Positions 1 through 8,520 of a stretch of 10,554 nt of DNA are shown in pieces. The stretch's first letter is position 1. Each line of letters begins with the position of its first letter. This DNA is from Octopus sinensis (Eukaryota). The position numbers and the translations under genes are program-made. Below the pieces are notes generated by a model. It did no database searches and was not told where the DNA came from. It was given only the letters and a program-made list of their open reading frames with translations. The stretch spans positions 1 through 10,554 of the forward strand of contig NW_021827329.1 in the NCBI RefSeq assembly GCF_006345805.1. The letters are read 5' to 3'.

Positions 1-68
1 TCTCGGGATCGAAAGCACGATGTTGCGATCGAGAGCGCAACACCCTAACCACTAGGCCACGCATCCTC
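1..68 (-). mobile_element. tRNA-derived SINE head (family A), truncated by window edge
   Basis: Minus strand reads GTGAGGATGCG-TGGCCTAGTGG (Pol III A box)-TTAGGGTG...ATCGTGCTTTCGATCCCGAGA (degenerate B box); the B-box region matches ATCGCGGTTTCGATTCCCAGA of the copy at 4486. Confidence 0.72.
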
Positions 69-220
69 ACATACATACATAGATACATACATACATACAT
101 ACATACATACATACATACATACATACATACATCATACATACATACATACATACATACATGCATGCATGCATACATACATACATACATACATACATACATA
201 CATACATACATACGTACATA
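69..220. repeat. (TACA)n/(TATG)n microsatellite
   Basis: Near-perfect tetranucleotide array between two SINEs; lies 3' of SINE B on the minus strand. Confidence 0.97.
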
Positions 221-545
221 GGAGCACTCCGTCGGTTTCGACGACGAGGGTCCCAACTGATACGATCAACGGAACAGCTTGCTCGTGAGATTAACGTAAA
301 AGTGACTGAGCAATCCATAGAGACGTGTACCCCTAACGTAGTTCCCAGGGAGATTCAGCGTGACACAGAGTGTGACAAGGGTGGCCCTTTGAAATCCAGG
401 TACTACTCATTTTTGCCAGCTGAGTGGAGTGGAGCAACGTGAAATAAAGTGTCTTGCTCAAGGACACAACGCGCCGTCGGGAATCGAACTCACGACCATA
501 CGTTCGTGAGCCGAATGCCCTAACCACTAAGCCACGCGCCTTCAC
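221..545 (-). mobile_element. Full-length tRNA-derived SINE with CORE-like central motif (family B)
   Basis: Minus strand: A box TGGCTTAGTGG (524-534), B box GAGTTCGATTCC (480-491), then GTGTCCTTGAGCAAGACACTT (447-467), which resembles the CORE-SINE motif GTGACCTTGGGCAAGTCACTT; a second copy aligns over its length at 4820-5117. Confidence 0.88.
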
Positions 546-800
546 ACATACGTTCGTACATACATACATACATACATACATACATACATACATACATACA
601 TTCATACATGCATACATACATACATTCATTCATACATGCATACATACATACATACATACATACATACATACATACATCATACATACATACATACATACAT
701 ACATACATACATACATACATACATACATACATACATAACATACATGCGAGCATACACGTATGCACACGCACGTTCACGCACACACACATATATGTATGTA
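546..800. repeat. (TACA)n microsatellite decaying into CA/TA repeats
   Basis: TACA array to ~745 with TTCA/TGCA variants, then degenerate CA/TA. Confidence 0.95.
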
Positions 801-839
801 TAAATTAGCTATACATTTATACGGAAAAGGTAAAAATGA

Positions 840-972
840 AGCTACTTTCTCGAGTCATACCGACTCATAAGGGCCGGTTTTGCGGGTTCCATGGCGTCTA
901 AAATCTCCACCTGGACGGGATGCCGGTCCGTCGCATTTTTCCCAGCTGAGTGAACTGGAGCAACGCGAAATA
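840..972 (-). mobile_element. SINE 3' fragment sharing family B central block but with a different tail
   Basis: Minus strand TTTCGCGTTGCTCCAGTTCACTCAGCTGGGAAAAATG matches family B TTTCACGTTGCTCCACTCCACTCAGCTGGCAAAAATG, then diverges (GACCGGCATCCCGTCCAGG...) and ends near a GAGTC-GGTAT-GACTC stem-loop (852-866). Confidence 0.65.
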
Positions 973-1417
973 CTATTTATATGTCGATGTATATACATAT
1001 ATAGTTAGTGAGGCATAGCTGTGATATGGATAGGGTAGCGTTAAATTTCTCACTTTCTGTAAAATCTTAGTCGAGAAAATATGGGATCGATCAGTATGCT
1101 TGATTACTGCCTCGCAGTGTTTTAGAATTTGCCAGTCTATCCGAAACGTGCATAAGCTGATTAAATAAAGCTTAATTCTTCATTCTTTTGTGTATCTTCT
1201 CTATGCCCTGTAACCTTACATTAAATTTATCTTACGTTTGAACTTTGAAATTACAAATGGGATAATCAGGGGAAAGTAATTTTATGGCCTAAGTAGAGTC
1301 CAATGGTTTTCACTGGACAATTTAGTTAGCCAAGTTTGATCCCTACAGAGTGCTTATAAAGTATTCGCCTGGATTTTTAATTCCTTTTTTCCTTTTTAAT
1401 ATGCATTTATATAAATA

Positions 1418-1488
1418 TGCGTGCATATGTATGTGTATATGTGTGTATATATGCTTGTGCGTGTGTGTGTGTGTGTGCGTTTGTGTGT
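1418..1488. repeat. Degenerate (TG)n/(TA)n microsatellite
   Basis: Alternating purine-pyrimidine run including a pure (GT)n stretch. Confidence 0.9.
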
Positions 1489-1605
1489 TCATATACACTC
1501 CCAAGTCGTCCCATCTGGTATAAATTATATTGGCGAATTAAGAAATAATTTGAACAAATTGGCGCTTGGGCTTGCCCCTTCGTGTATGGACGGCTTCTAT
1601 GGAAA

Positions 1606-1615
1606 CATCATTATC

Positions 1616-1660
<45 letters not shown>

Positions 1661-1682
1661 GCCATTACCGTCGTGATCGTCC

Positions 1683-1714
<32 letters not shown>

Positions 1715-1725
1715 ATCATCATCAT
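1606..1725. repeat. (CAT)n microsatellite, interrupted
   Basis: Two ATC arrays separated by GCCATTACCGTCGTGATCGTCCT. Confidence 0.95.
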
Positions 1726-1971
1726 GAATAGCAGCAGCATGGAGCTGACGTGGGAATCACTACCCGGTCGCTCGCCTTTACAAGAAATAGCAGCTAAATC
1801 CCTCTCCCTCCCTCCCTCTCTCTCCCTTTTATTACATGTTGCCGTTTTAAAACAGGACACATCGTATAATGTAGTTCTACACAGACAAAAGGGTAAAAAG
1901 AAAAATAATAATATCAATTACTGAATACATTCGCTTGCAAGTCTGATCCATCAGGATTCGCCCAGGGTTAA

Positions 1972-2895
1972 ACAACAGAATCAACAACAACAGCAACAAC
2001 ATACGCACTATCCCTATTGTTACTACTGCCACTATCACCACAGACACCACCAATTACCGCCATTTGCAACAATAATATATGCGCAATTCCAATTATTACC
2101 ACCACCACCTTCCCTGCCACTAGCACTACCCTGTCCACCACTCCACCACCACCTCCCTTCCTACCACTTTCCCCACCACCCTCACTACCACTCACTCCAT
2201 CACCCTCTCCACCGCCACCACCACCCTCTCCACCACCACCACCCTCTCCACCACCACCACCCTCACTACCACCCACTCCACCACCTTCTCCACCACTCTC
2301 ACCTCCACGACCTCCATCACCCTCTCCACCGCCACCACCACCCTCTCCACCACCACCTTCTCCACCACCCTCACTACCACCCACTCCACCACCCTCTCCA
2401 GCACTCTCCACCACTACCACCTTCTCCACCACTCTCACCTCCACGACCTCCACCACCCTCTCTACCACCACCACCCTCTCTACCACCACCACCTCCAACA
2501 ACATTGTCATCACCACTCTCTCCACCACTACCACCACCAACACCGTCGTCACCAATAACAACAACAATAACAACAGTTCTAGCACAACGCCAGTAACAAC
2601 ATCCTGTCTCTCCTCTTCTATACTTCAGCGCCACCTCAACCACCTCCACCACCGCATACGACAACAACAACATGAAAACAAATAACAACAACAACTGAAG
2701 CATCATCTTCATCGTCATCACCGTCGTTAATCAACATCATCATCAGGATCCTCACCACAACCATCATCAACATCATCATCATCATTACCATCATCATCAT
2801 CACCATCGACACCAGAGCAACCGTCACCACCCACTCCACCATCATCACCACCACCAACAACAACAACAATAACAACAACACCAGCAGCACTATCA
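1972..2895. repeat. Compound C/A-rich triplet low-complexity region (AAC/ACC/ATC) with internal minisatellite
   Basis: ACC/CAC/ATC/AAC triplets; CCACCACC(ACC)CTCT units and re-used longer blocks at 2195/2312 and 2286/2422. Confidence 0.92.
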
Positions 2896-3360
2896 ATCTA
2901 CCCGAGATGCCATCCCAATTTGAACGCTGATATAGACATACATACCTCTTCCGGTGTGTATGTACAGGGACAGGAAGTAGGGGGTTGGAGATAGAATTTC
3001 GGGGGGATTTCTGGGTAATTAATATTGTCTTTGATGATGATAATGAATGATGACGACAGCCAAAACGGTGTCGATGATTATGATGATGATGATGATGGTA
3101 ACGATGATGATGATGGTAACGATGATGAGGAGAGGACGGTTAAGGAAGAGGAGGGTCAGCAGGAGGAGGAGGAGGAGGACAACGATGACGTCGATGAAGG
3201 AGAAAATAAGGGATGATAGATTACTTAATGATGATGATGATGGGATATTAATTATGTCTTTATCAAGGGAATAATAATGATGTTGGTGGTGGTGGTGGTG
3301 GTGATGATGGTGGAGTGGGTGGTGACGGTTGCTGTGGTGTCGATGGTGATGATGATGATG
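2789..3360. repeat. Inverted repeat: 67-bp arms (2789-2855 and 3294-3360), 438-bp spacer
   Basis: CATCATCATCATCACCATCGACACCA[G/C]AGCAACCGTCACCACCCACTCCACCATCATCACCACCACC on plus at 2789 and on minus at 3360-3294; 66/67 identical. Confidence 0.93.
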
Positions 3361-3385
3361 AGGAGGAGAAGGAGGAGGAGGAGGT
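3029..3385. repeat. Compound (GAT)n/(GGT)n/(GAG)n low-complexity region
   Basis: Same triplet classes as 1972-2895 but on the opposite strand. Confidence 0.92.
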
Positions 3386-3825
3386 GGAACCACATAACGA
3401 AATGCTCAACTGTTCCTCGGACATAAAAATTTGTCCACAACTTCAACATTACTGACACCTGTCTCACCCCCCTCCCAGCCTCAGCCTTTCATTCCTGGGG
3501 ATGAGCCGCAGTTAAACAACAATAACAGCCATCACAACTCTATTACCCTCACACCACACACTTGTATACACACACACACACTTGTATATAATTCTTTCGG
3601 GGAACGTTGAATCTTGAAGCACGTAAGCTCTAAATATTAATGTAAATATTGGTTAAGACAACCTTCATATGGAAAGGGTCGAAGTCTGTCCGTAGATCAC
3701 GAAGCAACATCTCCATTAAACATGAGAGGCTTTCTGCTATTGGACCAAAGTAACACTTAAAGTGTCTCTATCCATTTTAGAAGCTTTATTCTTAGCAGTA
3801 ACAATGGTATGTTGTTTTGTTAACA

Positions 3826-3880
3826 ATACATACATACATACATACATACATACATACATACATACATACATACATACATA
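3826..3880. repeat. (TACA)n microsatellite
   Basis: Perfect array. Confidence 0.97.
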
Positions 3881-4000
3881 AATGTAAAAATCTGTAAAAC
3901 TTTCCTGAAGTTTATCATTTAAATATTTATGAGCATATCTAGATAAGCAACTATATGCATGAGAATACATACATAAAATAAAACATAGCAATCTGCTCAT

Positions 4001-4076
4001 ATACATACCTACCTACCTACATACATACATACATACATACATACATACATACATACATACATACAGACAGACAGAC

Positions 4077-4107
<31 letters not shown>

Positions 4108-4125
4108 TACACACATACATACATA
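4001..4125. repeat. Compound (TACC)n(TACA)n(GACA)n microsatellite
   Basis: Successive tetranucleotide variant blocks. Confidence 0.95.
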
Positions 4126-4169
4126 AAAAAATACCCCGTTTTGATGTTGAAATTCCAATGAAGGAGCTC

Positions 4170-4425
4170 TGGATCTAGGTTAGAAACCGGCTCTTTCTCT
4201 ATTGGCAAGAAATCTTGAAATAAAATTGAACAATGATACACATGCGCGCGCACGTACGTACGTATACACACATATATGTATTTATGTATGTACGTACATA
4301 CATACATACATAAATACATATATGTGTGTATACGTACGTACGTGCGCGCGCATGTGTATCATTGTTCAATTTTATTTCAAGATTTCTTGCCAATAGAGAA
4401 AGAGCCGGTTTCTAACCTAGATCCA
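4170..4425. repeat. Perfect palindrome: 123-bp arms (4170-4292 / 4303-4425), 10-nt spacer
   Basis: Base-by-base check shows 4303-4425 is the exact reverse complement of 4170-4292; explains the twin ORFs 4199-4393(-) and 4202-4396(+). Confidence 0.97.
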
Positions 4426-4426
4426 A

Positions 4427-4484
4427 TGTATTTATGTATTTATGTATGTATGTATGTATTTATGTATTTATGTACGTATGTACG
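4427..4484. repeat. (TATG)/(TATT) microsatellite
   Basis: Interrupted TATG array directly upstream of SINE A. Confidence 0.92.
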
Positions 4485-4485
4485 T

Positions 4486-4760
4486 GTGGAGGTCGTAGGA
4501 TCGCGGTTTCGATTCCCAGACCGGGCGTTGTGAGTGTTTATTGAACGAAAACACCTAAAGCTCCACGTGGCTCCGGCAGGGGATGGTGGCAATCCCTGCT
4601 GTACTCTTTCGCCACAACTTTCTCTCACTCTTTCTTCTCTTGGCCTGCTCGCTTAGCCAGCAGGATGGCGTCATTTGAAGGCTAAAACAATGCGAAGCGC
4701 ATTGTGACCAGCGATGTGTAACAACATCTGATGGTCTGGTCGGTCACGGTGATCACGGTG
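4486..4760 (+). mobile_element. tRNA-derived SINE (family A), A-box region deleted
   Basis: GTGGAGG joined directly to TCGTAGGATCGCGGTTTCGATTCCCAGACC (B box); about 35 nt containing the A box seen in the 1-68 copy are missing; ends ...CACGGTGATCACGGTG then (TATG)n. Confidence 0.75.
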
Positions 4761-4812
4761 TATGTACGTATGTATTATGTATGTATGTATGTATGTATGT
4801 ATGTACGTATGT
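4761..4812. repeat. (TATG)n microsatellite linking SINE A and SINE B
   Basis: Interrupted TATG array. Confidence 0.95.
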
Positions 4813-4819
4813 AAATGAC

Positions 4820-5117
4820 GGTTAGGGTATTCGGCTCACGATCGTGAAGTCGTGAGTTCGATACACAGCAGTGTTGTGTCCTTGAGCAAAACACTTTATT
4901 TCACGTTGTGCTGACTCGGCTGGTAAAAATGCGTAGTATCTGTATTTCAAAAGGTCAGACTTGTCACATCGTGTGCCTCGCTCAATCTCTCTGAGAACTA
5001 CGTTAAGGGCGCACGTGACTGTAGAGTGCTAAACCACTTACACGTTAATTTCATGAACAGGCTGTTCTGTTGATTGGATCAATTAGAACCGTAATCATCG
5101 TAACCGATGGAGTGCCT
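4820..5117 (+). mobile_element. tRNA-derived SINE (family B), 5'-truncated by ~20 nt
   Basis: GGTTAGGGTATTCGGCTCACG...GAGTTCGATAC...GTGTCCTTGAGCAAAACACTTTATTTCACG...ACCGATGGAGTGCCT aligns colinearly with the reverse complement of 221-525. Confidence 0.88.
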
Positions 5118-5126
5118 ATTATCATT

Positions 5127-5168
<42 letters not shown>
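5118..5168. repeat. (ATC)n/(GAT)n microsatellite
   Basis: Near-perfect triplet array; probably the 3' tail of the minus-strand element to its right. Confidence 0.95.
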
Positions 5169-5171
<3 letters not shown>

Positions 5172-5450
5172 TGTTTTAAATCCGGGTTTCGACCCCGTTA
5201 ACGGCGGTGGCCGGATCTACCTCAATGCCATAGCAATCGGGTTAGGCAGATGCAGCCCGCTCCAACCTTTAGGCTGGCTGGTTCCCATTCTCCTTTACTG
5301 GATTTTCTACGGGGAACATGCTCTTGCTTACCCCCAACCTCAGTTTCTAGACGAGTGGTCCCGAGACCATGGCCTCTTCTATGATTTTAAAGAAATGTGG
5401 TGGAAAACTAGCTCGGGAAGGCAGAGACGCTACTTCCTGAGACCCCTTTC
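5169..5450 (-). mobile_element. Unclassified (GAT)n-tailed retroposon-like fragment (possibly RTE-related); may extend to ~5850
   Basis: GC-richer island whose minus strand ends ...CCCGGATTTAAAACACTG-(GAT)n, a simple-repeat tail of the kind seen in RTE-clade elements; no recognisable ORF. Family assignment is inference. Confidence 0.4.
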
Positions 5451-6206
5451 GGACTACCATGTTATATATGGTGTATATAACATAAATCTACGGTATATAA
5501 CATTAGAGTTATTGTGTCCCCTACCATCCATAAACCAGACCTGCACCATCTAAGATAGACATTTCTATATCCCTTAGAATATTATCCTTCTGAGATCCCA
5601 ACCTCCGTTAAACCATGCTTATCCTACGGCCGTCTGTTTGCAGTAATTCATGAACATCAACCCCAATCTCGCCATCCTCGAGGGCCTTCAAAAGCCATGT
5701 CTCTGACTCCTTCTTTCAGGCCAAACTGTAACCCCTATCTCCCCAAAAGTGTCCCGTAGGATATTATTTGCCAGAGATTTGACTTTATTTCTAGCAGATT
5801 CACTGACCACATAGAGGCTTCTTCTCAGCTCAATAACAAATGTATTTCATTATAGTTCGAGTTAAATTCTTTAAAATTTAGTATAAAATTTTAATTATAT
5901 GTAAAAATTAATACAATTTAAAAATTAACAATTTTCTTGGAAATCTGTATGAAAAAAAAAACAATAACATAATAAGTAATTGAACTTATTCACCTAATTA
6001 GCGAAAAAATAATTACAATTAAATCTAGTAAGACGTGATACTTAGTTTTAATTATCAAACAAAGAAATCCTATAAATTTGAGTAAATAAGGATTTTTTAA
6101 AAAAACAATTGAGTTAAGTTTGTTAATGTTAATTCCTCTTAATTAGGTAATTGGGATTTTTACATAAATAACAAATTATAACAACGGAGAATATTTCTGA
6201 GACTTC

Positions 6207-6207
<1 letters not shown>

Positions 6208-6255
<48 letters not shown>

Positions 6256-6276
6256 GGGGTGGTGGTGGTGGTGGTA

Positions 6277-6326
<50 letters not shown>
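6208..6326. repeat. (TAG)n with internal (TGG)n microsatellite
   Basis: TAG arrays flanking a TGG block. Confidence 0.96.
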
Positions 6327-6327
<1 letters not shown>

Positions 6328-6379
6328 CTGGTGGGGGTGTGATTATCTGAGGGAGATTGGAGGGGCGACAGTCAAAAGT

Positions 6380-6677
6380 AGAGACGGCAAAAGAAAGTAG
6401 AAGAGACAGCAAGGAAGTGATAGAGATGAAGAACGAGAGAAAGACATAGAGAGGGAGAAAACAGCAAGAGAGAGAGAGAGAGAGAGAGAGAGAGTAAATA
6501 AAGACAGGGAAAGGTAGGAGAGAGACAGACAGAGAGAGACGAAGACAGAAAAAAGACAAAGAAAGAGTAATAGGGAGAGAAACAAAGAGACACAGAGTGA
6601 ACAACAGCGAGAGAGAAAGATACAGAGAAAGAGAGAGAGAGAGAGAGAAAGATACAGAGAAGGAGAGAGAGATGAAC

Positions 6678-6732
<55 letters not shown>

Positions 6733-6964
6733 CGTAGAGAGATAGAGAGAGACAGAGATTAAGCGATAAGGTGGCAAAGAGGCTAAAAGTGAGGGTCAAA
6801 GAGAAAGAGCCACAGATGAGAAGAGAGAGCGAAAGCGAGAGAGAGAGAGAGAGAGAGAGTGACAGACAGAGAAATAGCAAGAGATAGCTATTAGAGGGAA
6901 TGAAGGGGAGAGAGAAGTGTGTGTGTGTGTGTGTGTGGTGTGTGTGTGTGTGTGTGTGTGTGTG
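6380..6964. repeat. AG-rich polypurine low-complexity tract with (AG)n, (AT)n and terminal (GT)n
   Basis: Multiple (AG)n runs, (AT)n at ~6683-6707, (GT)n at ~6917-6964. Confidence 0.93.
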
Positions 6965-7330
6965 AAAAAGTAGATTAACAGAAAAAGAACTGAAAGACAG
7001 ACCAAATGTGACGAAATATGAAAGTTCTTTAAAAAGATCCTTTTTCAATTGCTATTTCGGTTCTTAATAAAACGAAACAGAAAGATATAATGATTTCTAA
7101 CGTGATAATAATTACATTAATTAACAATAAAGAACTAATTAGACCGAAATTAATAGTAATTCACAGTAAAGAAATAACTGTTCAAAGAAAATATTAATTT
7201 GATTAAAATTCAGTGAATTTTGTTGTTTTGTTGTTTTATATATATATTTTTTTTTTTGTTGGAGAGTTTATAATACGATTCTGTTATTAATTGAATGTTT
7301 GGTATTCCGTAGATAATATTCGAGATGTCT

Positions 7331-7736
7331 AAGGCGGTGAGCTGGCAGAATCGTTAGCACGCCGGGCGGAAATGCGTAGCCGTATTTCGTCTACTGTTAC
7401 GTTCTGAGTTCAAATTTCGCCGAGGTCGACTTTGCCTTTCATCCCTTCGGGGTCGATTAAATAAACACCAGTTACGCACTGAGGTCGATATAATCGACTT
7501 CATCCGTTTGTCTGTCCTTGTTTGTCCCCTCTGTGTTTAGCTCCTCGTGGGTAGTAAAGAAATAGGTATTTCGTCTGTCTTTTACGCTCTGAGTTCAAAT
7601 TCCGCCGAGGTCGACTTTGCCTTTCGTCCTTTCGGGATCATTATGTACCAGTTGCGTACTGGGGTCGAGCTAATTGACTGGCCCCACTCCCCAAATTTTT
7701 GGGCTTTGTGCCTAGAGTAGAAAAGAAAAGAATATT
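7331..7736 (+). mobile_element. tRNA-derived SINE (family C), internally duplicated (dimeric) form
   Basis: Starts AAGGCGGTGAGCTGGCAGAATCGTTAGC (A-box-like TGGCAGAATCG); the unit GTATTTCGTCT...CTGAGTTCAAATT(T/C)CGCCGAGGTCGACTTTGCCTTTC occurs at 7382 and 7566 (184-bp offset); A-rich end. Homologue at 10066-10203. Confidence 0.87.
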
Positions 7737-7739
7737 CGG

Positions 7740-8040
7740 GATGTCTGGATATCTTGTTGATCTGGGTGGTCAAAGATGGATTGGTGAATATCACATCGGT
7801 TGAAAGAAGTTTGGTTCAGAATCAAGCTTGAAGTTGGTGTTCACTGTTCACAGTGCACCTTCTGCCGACACTTTATCTAACAAGCGGATTTGTATCCCTT
7901 TATTTGTTGGCCATCATGTTGAAATAATTATTTGAGCGGATGCAAATAGTGCATTTGTGTCACTATTGTTACATTTGTGCAATATAGCTGTTGCCAGGAT
8001 CGAATATCAAGTAAACTAGTGTTAACATTAAAATTAAAGT
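7740..8040 (-). pseudogene. Possible heavily decayed LINE AP-endonuclease remnant
   Basis: Across frameshifts the minus strand gives NVTIV/DTNA (GDFNA-like, 7950-7972), HPL, PTNKGIQIRLLDK, DSEPNFFQP and STDVIFTNPSL (7771-7797; IDLIFT-like) in the order expected for APE domains; several stops and frameshifts; weak. Confidence 0.3.
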
Positions 8041-8058
8041 GCGTTAAGCATATACACT

Positions 8059-8215
8059 GGCGTGGCTGCGTGGTAAAAAGCTTGCTCTTCAACCACATCA
8101 TTCCGGGTTCAGTCCCACTGTGTAGCACCTTAAGCAAGTGTCTTCTACTATAGCCTAAGGCAGACCAAACCCTTGTGAATGGATTTGGTAGTCGGAAACT
8201 GAAACAGTCTCGCCG
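8059..8215 (+). mobile_element. tRNA-derived SINE (family D), 5' half
   Basis: GGCGTGGCTGCGTGGTAA (A box)...CCGGGTTCAGTCCC (B box)...GCACCTTAAGCAAGTGTCTTCT (CORE-like)...GGATTTGGTAGTCGGAAACTGA; aligns to 8807-8945 and stops at the internal TA/TG microsatellite. Confidence 0.85.
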
Positions 8216-8301
8216 TATATATGTATATATATATAATATATATATATAATATATATATATATATGATAATATATTATATATAATATATATATATATATAT
8301 A
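8216..8301. repeat. Interrupted (TA)n microsatellite
   Basis: TA array with single-base interruptions. Confidence 0.95.
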
Positions 8302-8409
8302 GTCAAGTAAAAGTAATAAACCTCATTGAGGGATCATAAGTCCAATGAAAATACTGGTTAGTTCCAGTCTATAGAAAGTTCAACTTTAAGGTAACCATAT
8401 AAACCGTGG

Positions 8410-8412
<3 letters not shown>

Positions 8413-8465
<53 letters not shown>
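8413..8465. repeat. (TA)n(GA)n compound microsatellite
   Basis: Pure TA run followed by GA run. Confidence 0.96.
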
Positions 8466-8520
8466 AGAGGGGGGATGTATATATATAAACAAAAGAGAAA
8501 ATGGAGAGGTAATTAATAAA

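Noticed and set aside
43-48. Telomeric CCCTAA/TTAGGG hexamers (also 518 and 4822)
   Set aside because: Single copies that are part of the SINE tRNA-like heads.
470-545. tRNA gene candidates at SINE heads (also 1-68, 7331-7420, 8059-8120)
   Set aside because: A/B boxes are present but I see no complete cloverleaf, and each continues into a SINE body.
67-808. ORFs with MYVC/HTYI repeats
   Set aside because: Translations of (TACA)n arrays and SINEs.
1095-1175. Penelope-like CCGAAACG...AATAAA with possible hammerhead
   Set aside because: The core would be TTGATTA, with no convincing stem II/III or NUH triplet; at best a very decayed relic.
2740-2746. CTGATGA on the minus strand
   Set aside because: Lies inside an ATC array with no GAAA or stems.
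1968-2896. Extensin/mucin-like Pro/Thr-rich ORF 2017-2685 and overlapping Gly/Val-rich ORFs
   Set aside because: Stop-free only because of ACC-type triplets; the internal block offset of 136 is not frame-preserving and the register shifts from Pro to Thr; no splice or domain evidence.
4185-4196. 12-nt AACCGGCTCTTT shared between the palindrome arm and the hammerhead repeat
   Set aside because: Flanks do not align; plausible by chance.
4199-4396. Two nearly identical 64-aa ORFs on opposite strands
   Set aside because: Direct consequence of the DNA palindrome.
5107-5553. 148-aa plus-strand ORF
   Set aside because: Starts in a SINE end, runs through (ATC)n, antisense to a probable retroposon tail; no recognisable domain.
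6176-7048. 290-aa Leu/Ser-rich ORF
   Set aside because: Translation of (CT)n, (CA)n and (CTA)n repeats.
7382-7640. Repeat-spacer-repeat pattern resembling CRISPR
   Set aside because: Only two ~75-bp units within a eukaryotic SINE; no cas genes.
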